Of a stretch of DNA of 64,000 nucleotides, positions 32,855 through 42,899 are shown piece by piece. This DNA comes from a virus. The notes beneath the pieces were generated by a model. That model saw only the letters and a list, made by a program, of their open reading frames with translations. It made no database searches and was not told the origin of the DNA. The position numbers and the translations under genes were made by a program. Every line of letters starts with the position of its first letter. The stretch's first letter is position 1. Location: positions 5,111-69,110 of the IMG/VR virus record IMGVR_UViG_3300050821_001265, one strand, 5' to 3'.

Positions 32855-35674
32855 TCATGGTCCGAAAACCTCGATCTGTGTAGCAACTTGATTATAGCTA
32901 TTGTTGCTCGTATTAAAACCGGCCGCACTAACGCCGGCATTAGCACCAGCCCCGGCAGCCGATCCCATGTTTATTCCTGCTGGCCCAGTCGTCGTCCCAT
33001 ACACTACACTAGACGTATTCCAATTATATGAACAAATGAAAGCCTTGGTTTTATCAAATGAATAATTCATCGCATCAGAAACAAGCGTGCCCGAAGGAAG
33101 ACTAGGATTGGCAGCACCAGCAAATCTGATCTGAATCTGCGAACCGTCAAAATCCATACTTGGATCGGCGGCAGCAGCGTGACCGCACCACATTGCATTA
33201 AATTGATTGGTGGTAGTTCCGCCGCCAGTAACAGTAACTCGTATCTGTGTGTTGCCGCTGTTCGCAACGCCAGCAACATACGCTGATGTGTTGTAGCGCG
33301 TTCGCAGATGATAACCGTTAAATGACGCGCCGAGACTTGGAGGACTTTGCGTCGTGATAAGTGGCTTCCAAGTTCCCGGAGGTGGAGTCTGTGTGGTACC
33401 TGTAGCATAAGATACGACGACGATACCGCTGCCACCCGCTGTTCCTGTAACGGCGGTTGAGGCCGCTCCTCCTTGTCCGCCTCCACCGCCACCTCGATTA
33501 GCGGTGCCTGCTGTAGCCGATGTACCTTGAACGCCGCCTAAACCGCCGCCGCAAGTTGCGGTTGCAGCTGTACCCGTTCCAGTAAGTCCGCCCGCGCCTC
33601 CGCCAGCATAACAAATAGACGTACCAGTAATTGAACTCGAACAACCAATGCCGCCCGTTCCGCCAACAGAGATCGTTCCTGTGCCGCCAATCCCGCCGCA
33701 CCCGCCTCCACCGCCGCTTCCATATCCGATGCCGCCGCTATAGCTATTGCCGCCTGCGAAACCTTGTCCAGCTAATCCCGTACCAACGGCAGCGGCATTC
33801 GATGAACCGCTACCCGAACCGCCGTTGCTCGATGGTTGACTACTACAGGCTCCGTCACCACCACCCGTCGCGGTACCAATTCCGAAAATGGATGAGCTTC
33901 CGCCCGTTCCAACGGTACAGCTTGTATAAACCGCTGGAGGAACCGGCGCACCCGCACCGACAGTAATTACTGTCGCACCGGGAGCGAGATACGTTCCTGT
34001 ACCTTGAAGGACACCGCCAGCGCCGCCTCCCGCACCGGTTGAGCTTCCTGCTGTCGTACCGCCCCAACCTCCTCCCGCCACGATCAAATAGTTGATCGCC
34101 TTACCCGTCGCGCAAGTAAGATTTGCAGAGCCAACTGTCGTGAATGTATGAACAGTATTAGCACCAACCGTCGTAATCGTCCCACCGGCGCAATTCACAT
34201 TCGGCGCACCGGACGGATACGAGACGATGACAATGCCAGAACCGCCAGCGCATCCAGCAGTACTTGCTGGTTCACTACCACCACCGCCGCCACCCGTATT
34301 AACCGCACCCACAGTACAATTATTTACATTTTGATCGCCGCCCTTCCCGCCGCCGCCTGAACCACCTGAACCGCCCGTGCCGGTATATGCACCGCCGCCG
34401 CCGCCGCCTGCGTAGAATACTGACGCGCCGGTAATTGATGAAGCTAACCCCGGGCCGCCATTGCCTCCAGTTTGACCGGACCCTGCGCCATTCGCGCCAA
34501 CCGCACCTGCACCACCACCGCCGCCGCCGCCGTTCGCACTGCCACCCGAAGCCCCACCGTTGTTGCCTTGACCAGCAATCCCAGTTCCACCCGTTTTGCC
34601 GGTAGTCGTCAGCGCGCCACCGCCGCCAGAGCCACCATTGAGTCCTTGATCATTGCCAGAATTAAATGAGCCGCCGCCGCCGCCTCCCGTAGCATTGACA
34701 ATGACAGTCACATTCGTAAATACTTCAAATAAAGTTGCTGGACCATAGTATTGATTCGCTGTCGCCGTCGCAGTTGTCGTTGCGTTTCCAGCGTTCGCCC
34801 CTCCACCTCCCACATTGCCTACGCTAAATGCCGCGCTTACAGAAGTATTTGCTGTCTGCGCGCTTGAACTCCAATTATATGAACAAATAAAATCCTTGGT
34901 ATTTGAAAATGAAAAATTGACCGCATCCGAAACTTGTGTGCTTGGAGCTACTGGGGCGGTGATGGCTCCGTTGCCGCCAACCTTTATCTGAACTTGATTT
35001 CCATCATAATTCATACTAGGAGAAGCTGCAGCCGCATGACCGCAATACATCGCGTTCATTACGTTGCCGCCAGAAACACCACTCAGCGTAACTCGTAATT
35101 GCGTCCCCGATATCGGTGCGGTTCCTGCAAATCCAGAGACCGCTATTCGAGTGCGTAACTCGTATCCACCCCAACCCGATCCGTAACTAGCAAGAGGCGT
35201 TGGAGCAACGATTGTAGTAAACCACGACCCTGCACCGCCAGGAGTTGATATAAGTGAATTGCTACCATTCCCACCTTGAGTGTTTGCTGTTCCTACATTA
35301 ACGCCTCCCGCCCCAACTATAACGCTACTGGTGCCAGCATTAACAGTCGCAGTGCCGGTGAGCCTCCCGCCAGCGCCACCGCCGCCAGCATAATAAGCGT
35401 TGCCGCCTGCGCCGCCGCCAGCAACAACTAGATAGTTGATTGTTCGTTGAGTAGGACAATAGAAGTCATTATTCCCTACAGTCGTGAATGTATGAATCGT
35501 ATTACCGCCGGAATAGGTAACAGCACCGCCGATACAATCGAGCACTCCAGAAACACCCGTTGAGCGCATACCCGGAGCTAAATGTGTACCGGGTAGCTGC
35601 CCAAACGCACTCTGCGATAGCAATGCTCCGAGCGTGCAAACAATCAGAACATTTTGAAGCGAACGCCAGCGCAT
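32855..35674 (-). CDS. glycine-rich tail-fibre-like protein with N-terminal signal peptide
   Basis: Two HTFT...YL.VAGGG...GGSGIV.VSY glycine-rich domains, two copies of a beta-rich insert, hydrophobic leader ending AFG|Q. Confidence 0.75.
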   Translation of the reverse strand: MRWRSLQNVLIVCTLGALLSQSAFGQLPGTHLAPGMRSTGVSGVLDCIGGAVTYSGGNTIHTFTTVGNNDFYCPTQRTINYLVVAGGGAGGNAYYAGGGGAGGRLTGTATVNAGTSSVIVGAGGVNVGTANTQGGNGSNSLISTPGGAGSWFTTIVAPTPLASYGSGWGGYELRTRIAVSGFAGTAPISGTQLRVTLSGVSGGNVMNAMYCGHAAAASPSMNYDGNQVQIKVGGNGAITAPVAPSTQVSDAVNFSFSNTKDFICSYNWSSSAQTANTSVSAAFSVGNVGGGGANAGNATTTATATANQYYGPATLFEVFTNVTVIVNATGGGGGGSFNSGNDQGLNGGSGGGGALTTTGKTGGTGIAGQGNNGGASGGSANGGGGGGGAGAVGANGAGSGQTGGNGGPGLASSITGASVFYAGGGGGGAYTGTGGSGGSGGGGKGGDQNVNNCTVGAVNTGGGGGGSEPASTAGCAGGSGIVIVSYPSGAPNVNCAGGTITTVGANTVHTFTTVGSANLTCATGKAINYLIVAGGGWGGTTAGSSTGAGGGAGGVLQGTGTYLAPGATVITVGAGAPVPPAVYTSCTVGTGGSSSIFGIGTATGGGDGACSSQPSSNGGSGSGSSNAAAVGTGLAGQGFAGGNSYSGGIGYGSGGGGGCGGIGGTGTISVGGTGGIGCSSSITGTSICYAGGGAGGLTGTGTAATATCGGGLGGVQGTSATAGTANRGGGGGGQGGAASTAVTGTAGGSGIVVVSYATGTTQTPPPGTWKPLITTQSPPSLGASFNGYHLRTRYNTSAYVAGVANSGNTQIRVTVTGGGTTTNQFNAMWCGHAAAADPSMDFDGSQIQIRFAGAANPSLPSGTLVSDAMNYSFDKTKAFICSYNWNTSSVVYGTTTGPAGINMGSAAGAGANAGVSAAGFNTSNNSYNQVATQIEVFGP

Positions 35675-35678
35675 GATA

Positions 35679-36482
35679 CTATTTCACATCCTTAAGCAAT
35701 GCGCCACCGATACAATACGTAGCAGATACACAAGTGTAGCCGATAGCATCAACCGCGCCTGCGGTAGTCGAGAGTACATAGTTACATGCGCCCGCGCATT
35801 TCAGCGTTGAGTTAATGGTCGCCGGGATTGTACGCGACCCTGTTCCGTCTTGTACAAATCTAATCACACCTGCTTGCCCTGCCTTCACGTTGCTAAAAGT
35901 AAGCGTGGTGACGTTAATACCGAGCGTGACCGCGACGTTGATAAATGTATTGAAGTCGAGATTCAGCGTAGCCGCACCCGCCGAAACTGGCACCTCTGCA
36001 GTAAAAACTTTATCAGCCGGAAGTATCTTGTTAGTTGTAGCTGCCATGAAATTCGCGGCGGTTGCTTGATCTATCCGCGCGCTGTTGAGCGTACCGCTAC
36101 CAATGTTGGTCGCGTTGGTCGCGTCGGTTGTAGCGGATACCGCGAATGCAGCGCCTCCGGTTTTAGTACAGGTAATGCTAGGAGCAGTAAACGTACAGTC
36201 ACCGCCCATGACGAACTCGCCATAGGTACCAGCGTTGTTGTAGGGAATGCGCCCCGAAACGCCGCCAGTGATCGTTGTACTATTAACGGCTATTGGGGAT
36301 GCTGGAATTGTTGGTAAGTCCGCCCCTATCAAAGTCCGCCAACTAGGCAAGCCGGAGCCACCGGAACTCGGTCCAGCGCAAACTTGATTGGCATTAGGTT
36401 GCCCCGAGCACTGGGCTTGCGCAGGCGCAGCCCACCACAAGACCAGCGCAAGAGCGATTAATATCCTTAGACGATTGACCAT
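35679..36482 (-). CDS. tail-fibre-like protein with N-terminal signal peptide
   Basis: MVNRLRILIALALVLWWAAPAQA|Q leader; C-terminal FSN..AGQ.G.I...QDGTGSRT...LST.A.AVD domain seen in phage fibre proteins. Confidence 0.7.
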   Translation of the reverse strand: MVNRLRILIALALVLWWAAPAQAQCSGQPNANQVCAGPSSGGSGLPSWRTLIGADLPTIPASPIAVNSTTITGGVSGRIPYNNAGTYGEFVMGGDCTFTAPSITCTKTGGAAFAVSATTDATNATNIGSGTLNSARIDQATAANFMAATTNKILPADKVFTAEVPVSAGAATLNLDFNTFINVAVTLGINVTTLTFSNVKAGQAGVIRFVQDGTGSRTIPATINSTLKCAGACNYVLSTTAGAVDAIGYTCVSATYCIGGALLKDVK

Positions 36483-37867
36483 CCTGAAGATGCTCCGTCA
36501 TTAGCGGGCACGAGCCGCAGGAATTGATAGTTAGTGTTGAGCGAAATGCTGGCGATCCCATCCATTTTTTCCGCACCAGCACAGTTGATAGTTAAAGGAT
36601 GCGCTGAGAATTGCCCACCAACATCCTTGATGAGAATTGGCCTACCCGCCCGCGTGGATGCTGCTGGAAGATTGAGAGATGCAGAACCTGACGTGATATT
36701 ACAGTTGATAATTTCGTCGGTTGCCGTAACCGTAATGGGCGACGACGTGACGTTGCGCTGCGTTGGTGGTAGTGGCTTTCCAGATAAGTCAGCATAAGCA
36801 CCAGTTGCTGCGACGGTCGCAAGTCCAAGATTGGTACGTGCCTGCGGTTTATTAGTAAGTTCCGAAAGATTATTTGCCGCAAGCATATCGCCTGTACCGG
36901 ACCCCGATGCGCCAGTCGGCCCCTGTACACCCTGAACACCAGCGATGCTAATGTTCCAATCAGCGTGCGTACCAGAACCGTTAACGAGACTTGATGTAAA
37001 AGTTAAGATATTGCCACTGTAGGCTGTGATAGCACCTTCCATCCATTCGCCAGATGATTGCGAAGCTGCTCGAATACGCGCCCCAACGACATAAGCGTAT
37101 CCTGTCGTAGTCAGCGTAAGACTGATAGAGCCTATCGCAACCGCTACTGATGTTGTTGAAAATCCGCCGTAGCCAGACCCAGTAGCTCCGGGTGGCCCGG
37201 CATTGCCAGCAGGTCCTTGAGTGCCGGACGGACCTTGAGCGCCTTGAGCTCCAGCAGGTCCGGTAGCTCCAGCAGGTCCGGTAGCTCCTGTAGGTCCAGC
37301 CGGTCCAGTAGGACCGACCGCGAGCAGCAAACCTGACGTGCCCCATGATGGCGAGGCTGTGTGCAAATAAGGTCCCCACAGATACGCTGCCGATCCTGGC
37401 ACAGCTGGATTGCTTTGTAGATAGTAATCGCCATCGACAGGAGAGACCGGATTGCTTGGGGTTGGTGCGGCCACGCCATGCCAAATCACATTACCAGGAC
37501 GACCCGCTACGCCTTGTGCGCCGTTGACGCCTTTCTCACCGGGAGTACCTGTGGAACTCAAGTTCCAATCGTTGTGAGTATTTGCGTCGCGTGTAGTACT
37601 AATTAGATCAATCGTCACCAACATGACGCCAGCTGTATAAGACGCAACAACACCTTCCATCCAATCATCAATAGGCAATGCGGCTGATGAGAACCGCACT
37701 CGACTTCCCGGCAAATACGCTAAATCAGGTTGTGTGATAAATGTCTTTGGACCAACGCTGATGGCGAAGATCGAAGTGCTAGTGCCATTATAACTCGGCC
37801 CAGCAGGTCCTGGCGGACCAATGTTGCCAGCGCTACCATTGACGACCGTAACTGAGTTGATGGTCAT
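36467..37867 (-). CDS. collagen-like tail fibre protein
   Basis: Gly-X-Y repeats, two WMEG..Y...DWN modules, GDML..NNLSEL...ARTNLGL motif. Confidence 0.8.
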   Translation of the reverse strand: MTINSVTVVNGSAGNIGPPGPAGPSYNGTSTSIFAISVGPKTFITQPDLAYLPGSRVRFSSAALPIDDWMEGVVASYTAGVMLVTIDLISTTRDANTHNDWNLSSTGTPGEKGVNGAQGVAGRPGNVIWHGVAAPTPSNPVSPVDGDYYLQSNPAVPGSAAYLWGPYLHTASPSWGTSGLLLAVGPTGPAGPTGATGPAGATGPAGAQGAQGPSGTQGPAGNAGPPGATGSGYGGFSTTSVAVAIGSISLTLTTTGYAYVVGARIRAASQSSGEWMEGAITAYSGNILTFTSSLVNGSGTHADWNISIAGVQGVQGPTGASGSGTGDMLAANNLSELTNKPQARTNLGLATVAATGAYADLSGKPLPPTQRNVTSSPITVTATDEIINCNITSGSASLNLPAASTRAGRPILIKDVGGQFSAHPLTINCAGAEKMDGIASISLNTNYQFLRLVPANDGASSGWSIV

Positions 37868-38232
37868 CGGGTTATCCCCAACATTGCTGTTATACTACCG
37901 GACGCCAATTGCCGCGTGTAACCGTCCGCGCGGCCAAGTAGATCATAAACGTAGTCTGCGGGAGGAATCAGCGCCATTATTGTAGCTGGAACTTTCAATG
38001 ACCATGTATTGCTATAGACTTGAATCAAACCATTCCCAGTCGAAGCCAAGATCACAACTGTAGCCGCAGGCGGATTCACCCGCACTTCCATTTCAAATTC
38101 GATACCGGACAAATCAATCGGTTGCTGCGGAGTTTGCAAATCCCAATATTCTAAACCATCAAGCCAATCAGAATTGGTCGCGATGGTCATGTCCATCACA
38201 ACGGGAGGCATATAGAGAATGTTCGTAGACAT
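37864..38232 (-). CDS. virion structural protein (BppU-like fibre adaptor)
   Basis: PIDLSG..F.M.VR...YVYDL...G.I motif, upstream of the collagen fibre. Confidence 0.6.
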   Translation of the reverse strand: MSTNILYMPPVVMDMTIATNSDWLDGLEYWDLQTPQQPIDLSGIEFEMEVRVNPPAATVVILASTGNGLIQVYSNTWSLKVPATIMALIPPADYVYDLLGRADGYTRQLASGSITAMLGITR

Positions 38233-38237
38233 GGCTT

Positions 38238-38693
38238 TTATTGCGGTGTTAGGAAGGACGGCGGTGCGGGCCAAGGCGGCGTACCAACGGGGACGATGTA
38301 AGCGACTAGTTGACTAAAATTCAAAGTTTGAACATTAGCAATTTGCGTATCTCTATAAGCGTTCACTGCTTTCACCCAATCCATCGTAGCCTTTGCGTTG
38401 GTGTAGGGCGTGCCAGACGTTGTTGTTGACAACGTGTAAAGAGCATTTCTCTGAACATCAGCCGGTGCATATTTATTAATTAATTGCGCGGCTTGCTCAG
38501 TAACATTATCAGCAGTCTTTGTTGTGAGCCCCTTCACAAGAAGCATATTCTGTGTATTGGCGCTTGTGTAGCCCGGAGGAATGAGTTGAATATCATAGAG
38601 TGGCATTGGATCAGATGACCAAGTAAGGTCTGGCAACTGAACGATGTTCATATAATATCTCGGATCAGGTCTAGTTGTTGTGATTGTTGACAT
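38238..38693 (-). CDS. tail fibre assembly/chaperone-like protein (paralog 2)
   Basis: Paralog of 40629-41126 (RPDP.YY.NI.Q, QLINKYAP.D.QRNALY, WPAPP). Confidence 0.6.
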   Translation of the reverse strand: MSTITTTRPDPRYYMNIVQLPDLTWSSDPMPLYDIQLIPPGYTSANTQNMLLVKGLTTKTADNVTEQAAQLINKYAPADVQRNALYTLSTTTSGTPYTNAKATMDWVKAVNAYRDTQIANVQTLNFSQLVAYIVPVGTPPWPAPPSFLTPQ

Positions 38694-38859
38694 CTAAACG
38701 ATCCTCCCCATTCGAAACACTTCGATACTGCTCGCGATAAATAGCGTCAATTGCCGCCGCAGTCTGCGAACTAACTCCTGTCCTGCTTCTAGTCCACGCT
38801 TCCACGATAGCGGCTAGTCGCGCCATCTTACGTCTTGCTTCTTCACAAAAGGTACACAT
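38671..38859 (-). CDS. small CxxC protein
   Basis: MCTFCEEARRK; fills the gap between fibre and chaperone. Confidence 0.45.
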   Translation of the reverse strand: MCTFCEEARRKMARLAAIVEAWTRSRTGVSSQTAAAIDAIYREQYRSVSNGEDRLDVNNHNN

Positions 38860-38862
38860 TTG

Positions 38863-40620
38863 TTATGCTTGCTGTTTGCCCGGAAAGTCCGTTTGCAGAT
38901 GCGACAAATCGAGATTGTTTGGCGTCCAATTGTTGTTATTGCCGCTTGCGTCTTTCCCTAATCCAGTCGCTGTAGAGTCAACCGCATTTTGCCAATTCAA
39001 ATAAAATCCATTCGGACCGAAGGGTAATTTCAAAATATCACTCGGATCGTTCGGAACAAGAATGCCATTCTTTGCTTGAGCAAATTTTGTATAATCTCCG
39101 AGACACTGACCATCTACACCAATAATTTCTGCAAACCGCAATCGGGATGTTCCGTAGACGCCATTGGACGGACCTAGCTGCGGCATTCCACTACAGCTAT
39201 AAAATGTTCCGATACATTGCTGCAATGTACTGTTCCAAGGACTGTTGCCGCTGACCGCACCCTTGCTCTTCAAAATTCCGTCAAGATAAGCGTAGATGAA
39301 GGCGCCATCGGCGCAGCACAGAAGATGATGCCACTTGTTGTCAACGAACACACCTGACGTATAATAGCCATTCGTCATTCCGGTATAGGATTCATACGTC
39401 CCAATCCCGGCAACTTGGCCGCCTGAGTTATTCCAACACATATTAAAAATGTTACCACCGCTAAGGTCAGCATTGGCCGTCAATATAAAGGCATTCATGG
39501 TACAGCCCCACCAAGCGCCGCCAGCATCACCAGCCATGAACAAATAATCAGGTCCAGCCGGATCGCTCCAACTCCCAACGCCATAAGCATAGGTTTGTGG
39601 CACAGCTTTCTTTACAAAAGCGCTGATCGACCACACTTGCCTATTCGTATTCATTGATGGCGTACGAAGCAGGCATGGTGGCTGATTAACGCCAAGTTCA
39701 AAGCTAGTGCCCGGAGCCGCTAACTGAAGTGATCTGCCGTCATAAGCCACGGGTGTCGGCGCGGGTCCTGGCTGTACCCCTGAATTAAAAACATCCAGCA
39801 ATTGCCACTGCACCGAATCAAAAACGAGAAGCCATATCTGATTAGGAACTCCGTCGCCCGCTGCAATAGGTGAGCCATCCGGATGGGCGACGGGATGAAT
39901 TGGAAAGTTATTAGGAGCAAAATCGGTCGGACCTTGAATCACTTGATCAAGCTTAACCTCAACCGTTCGTCCCTCTTTGATATCAGGCAGGACAGGACTA
40001 AAGAGGCCAATCAAATGATTTTTGACGATTTGCTTTGCATCAGTCCAATTCGGATCGAGTGCGCCGGTATCGTGAACATACGGAATATCAACATTGTGTA
40101 ATGTCGTTACGCCACCAACAGAACCATCAGCGCCCATATTCTGTAATTGAAAATACGTACCATCGCAGACCAGAGTGGCGATTTGACCAGCGACCATATC
40201 GTTGGCCTGTAGTTCGGCTCCGTCTCTGCGCTTGATGGCTGTAGGATTGATGCTGCCAATAGCTATGGTCGTTGGCCCTGTAATTGTATGGGCGATCAGA
40301 ACATGCAGCGTCAAACCACGAGTGTATGTTGTAATCTCAGGAGTAAGATTAACGACTTGCACAGTATTAAGTGGACCGCTATCTAAGCAATAAATAAGCT
40401 TGCCGTCACGAACGGCGCGCGTCATCTGATTCAAGTCTTGATCCGTCGGCTCCTGTTGCGAGTTGCTAATGAGATTTACGATCTCTCGCTGCGGGAATTC
40501 AAACGCAGCGGCAGGCGGCACGGACCCCTCACGACCAATTGTTGGGTCGCCATTTATGTAGGAAGCATTCGGGTCAATAGCGCCCGGAGGCCCATACGGA
40601 GGCTGATACTGCACTTGCAT
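38863..40620 (-). CDS. tail fibre protein with concanavalin/LamG-like domain (paralog 2)
   Basis: Y.PP.G...PNASYIN...QREIVN N-terminus; WHHL...Y.DG; FG.NGFYL...LGKD.SGN.NN. Confidence 0.8.
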   Translation of the reverse strand: MQVQYQPPYGPPGAIDPNASYINGDPTIGREGSVPPAAAFEFPQREIVNLISNSQQEPTDQDLNQMTRAVRDGKLIYCLDSGPLNTVQVVNLTPEITTYTRGLTLHVLIAHTITGPTTIAIGSINPTAIKRRDGAELQANDMVAGQIATLVCDGTYFQLQNMGADGSVGGVTTLHNVDIPYVHDTGALDPNWTDAKQIVKNHLIGLFSPVLPDIKEGRTVEVKLDQVIQGPTDFAPNNFPIHPVAHPDGSPIAAGDGVPNQIWLLVFDSVQWQLLDVFNSGVQPGPAPTPVAYDGRSLQLAAPGTSFELGVNQPPCLLRTPSMNTNRQVWSISAFVKKAVPQTYAYGVGSWSDPAGPDYLFMAGDAGGAWWGCTMNAFILTANADLSGGNIFNMCWNNSGGQVAGIGTYESYTGMTNGYYTSGVFVDNKWHHLLCCADGAFIYAYLDGILKSKGAVSGNSPWNSTLQQCIGTFYSCSGMPQLGPSNGVYGTSRLRFAEIIGVDGQCLGDYTKFAQAKNGILVPNDPSDILKLPFGPNGFYLNWQNAVDSTATGLGKDASGNNNNWTPNNLDLSHLQTDFPGKQQA

Positions 40621-40628
40621 TTCTCCTT

Positions 40629-41126
40629 TTACGAAAAGCGAAGCTTATGGGCAGCGGACCCTACTCGCACTGAAGCCACCGGCGTTAACCCGGATGGCGG
40701 CGCAGGCCAAGGTGGAAAAACGCCAACAGGCGGGAGATACGCGACAAGTTCGTTAAAGTTTAATGCTTTGACGCGAGCAATTTCTGCATCTCTAAAAGCA
40801 TTGACCGCAACGATCCAATCCATCATTGCCTTAGCATTCGTCCAAACAGTTCCTGATGTTTGTGTCGCCAACACATAGAGAGCGTTTCGTTGCAAATCGT
40901 TCGGCGCATATTTGTTGATTAACTGCATCGCTATAGTTGCCACAGGCTTTGAAATAGTCGTACGCAAACCTGGCTGAGGTAAACCAACGCTTCCATAGCC
41001 ACCCTTGACCGGATAGACTATCGTATCATCAACTGGAAGCGGGTCCGCTGCCCAGTTCCCATCATCATACTGGATAATGTTACGATAGTATTTCGGATCA
41101 GGTCTGTCGTGTGTAATGATTGGCAT
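40629..41126 (-). CDS. tail fibre assembly/chaperone-like protein (paralog 1)
   Basis: Follows a fibre gene; paralog of 38238-38693. Confidence 0.6.
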   Translation of the reverse strand: MPIITHDRPDPKYYRNIIQYDDGNWAADPLPVDDTIVYPVKGGYGSVGLPQPGLRTTISKPVATIAMQLINKYAPNDLQRNALYVLATQTSGTVWTNAKAMMDWIVAVNAFRDAEIARVKALNFNELVAYLPPVGVFPPWPAPPSGLTPVASVRVGSAAHKLRFS

Positions 41127-41129
41127 GAT

Positions 41130-42899
41130 TTATCCTGCTGAAGTGCGCCAACCTGGCGGCAAGCCAGTCGGCCACGAACCGCCGTTAGTGAATGTTGCAA
41201 AGGTTTCTGTAGAATCAGGATTGCCCGGATAGTCGAGATGTAGGCGTTCTGTAGTAAAATTCACCGGCGTGAAATTGTTGCCGTTCGGACTGTAGTCTTT
41301 TCCCAAACTTGTTTCGGTCGTACCGCTACCATCGGTGAAATTCAAATAAAAGCCATTTGTTCCGAAATTCATCCCGCCAATGTTCATCTCTTTCGGAATC
41401 ATTATGCCGCCAATATTGTAAGCAAAGAAATCCCAATCCAGCCATAGCCCATCAACCATAACAATCTCAGCCATCCGGGCACGACAACCGTAGCTTGATG
41501 GTTGCAGCGGAATAATTGAAGTGACTTCGTCGGGACCCGTTTCAGTTCCAATCGCGTGGAGGCGCGCTGCATTCATCGTGCTCGGAGTAGTTACAGGCCC
41601 AGCGTTTACGAGAATGCCATCGATCCAAACCTCAGTTTGATGCGCGGTGATCGCATCAGCCCGCCACAATAGATGATGCCAATTTTGATCCTTGAATACA
41701 CCCCACTGAAAAATTCCATTATGTGTCGCCGGATTAGTCGCATCCCCATATCCGGTTTTCGGAACAGTAGTGTTAGCCCAAAAAGTTGACAAGCAAGTAT
41801 CAAGATCACCGCCCTCAAATTCTAAGCAAGTCACATCGCCCCTACCACCAACAGTCGTTCCTGTAGAATCACCGGCGGATACAATAAACTCTCTCAGATC
41901 GGTTTGCCCACCAGGATAAACATTAGGGCGCGGAATTGTAACCGGCCAACGAATGAATGTACTAAAGGTCCAAATGTTACTATTACCAGCAGCCGTAGCT
42001 TGCCGTTTCATAAACGGAAAAGAAGTGTAGGTTCCAAACCACCCCGCATTGGGGTCTTGAAACTGCAACGAACGCTTCGGCCTTCTTACAATAAGTGCAT
42101 TCGGGTCCGCGCGACTACTGACCAACTGCCACACGCCGCCATCATAAACCAAAAGCCATATCTGATTGATGACCCCATCACCGGGACCGATAGGCGAGCC
42201 ATCGGGATGCGCCACCGGATAGGCAGGAAAGTTATTAGGTTTGAATGTAACCGGACCCGTCGTATTGTTCGCCAACTTAATCTCACAAGTACGCCCCTCG
42301 TTGATGTTAGGAATAGGCGGAACATACAATCCAATTAAATTATTCGCAGTGCCTGTATCATGGACATACGGTATATAAATTTCATATCGGTCAACATTAC
42401 CGGCACCAGCCTGATCCGCAATACCCAAGTTTTGAACTTGAAAGTTCGTGCCATCACAAACTAAATCTGCAATCTGTCCAGCCAATAAATCATTGGCCTT
42501 TAGATCAGCTCCTCCTAATCTCGTAACAGCGGCTGGCGGAAGATCGCCAATCTGAATTGTCGTCCCGCCAGCGGTTACGCTATGCGCGACTAATACACGC
42601 AACTCTAACCCAGCATCGTAACTCGTAATCGGCGGCGACAGTTGAGGTAGAACTAATTGATTTGCTGTTCCTTGATCAATATAAAAATTCAAACGTCCGT
42701 CGCGAACAGATCGCGTAACTTGCATCAAATCGTCATCAGTCGGAGCCTGTTGTGAATTAGTAATTATATTTGTGAGTTCCCGCATCGGGTTCTCAACAGT
42801 AGCCCCACTTGGCTTCGATCCAATGATCCCCTTACCACGCGCGCTATTAATGTAAGGCGCGTTTGGATCAGGACTCGCAAATGGCGGCTCATATTTCAT
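41130..42899 (-). CDS. tail fibre protein with concanavalin/LamG-like domain (paralog 1)
   Basis: MKYEPPF..PNAPYIN...ENPMRE; WHHL...W.DG; FGTNGFYLNF...LGKDYS; directly after the baseplate genes. Confidence 0.8.
   Translation of the reverse strand: MKYEPPFASPDPNAPYINSARGKGIIGSKPSGATVENPMRELTNIITNSQQAPTDDDLMQVTRSVRDGRLNFYIDQGTANQLVLPQLSPPITSYDAGLELRVLVAHSVTAGGTTIQIGDLPPAAVTRLGGADLKANDLLAGQIADLVCDGTNFQVQNLGIADQAGAGNVDRYEIYIPYVHDTGTANNLIGLYVPPIPNINEGRTCEIKLANNTTGPVTFKPNNFPAYPVAHPDGSPIGPGDGVINQIWLLVYDGGVWQLVSSRADPNALIVRRPKRSLQFQDPNAGWFGTYTSFPFMKRQATAAGNSNIWTFSTFIRWPVTIPRPNVYPGGQTDLREFIVSAGDSTGTTVGGRGDVTCLEFEGGDLDTCLSTFWANTTVPKTGYGDATNPATHNGIFQWGVFKDQNWHHLLWRADAITAHQTEVWIDGILVNAGPVTTPSTMNAARLHAIGTETGPDEVTSIIPLQPSSYGCRARMAEIVMVDGLWLDWDFFAYNIGGIMIPKEMNIGGMNFGTNGFYLNFTDGSGTTETSLGKDYSPNGNNFTPVNFTTERLHLDYPGNPDSTETFATFTNGGSWPTGLPPGWRTSAG

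Noticed and set aside
33015-35060. Diversity-generating retroelement TR/VR pair
   Set aside because: Both copies lie in-frame in one gene, differences are not adenine-specific, and no reverse transcriptase is in the window.
38238-42899. Invertible tail-fibre cassette (Mu G-segment type)
   Set aside because: Both fibres are full length and co-oriented; no invertase or flanking inverted repeats seen.
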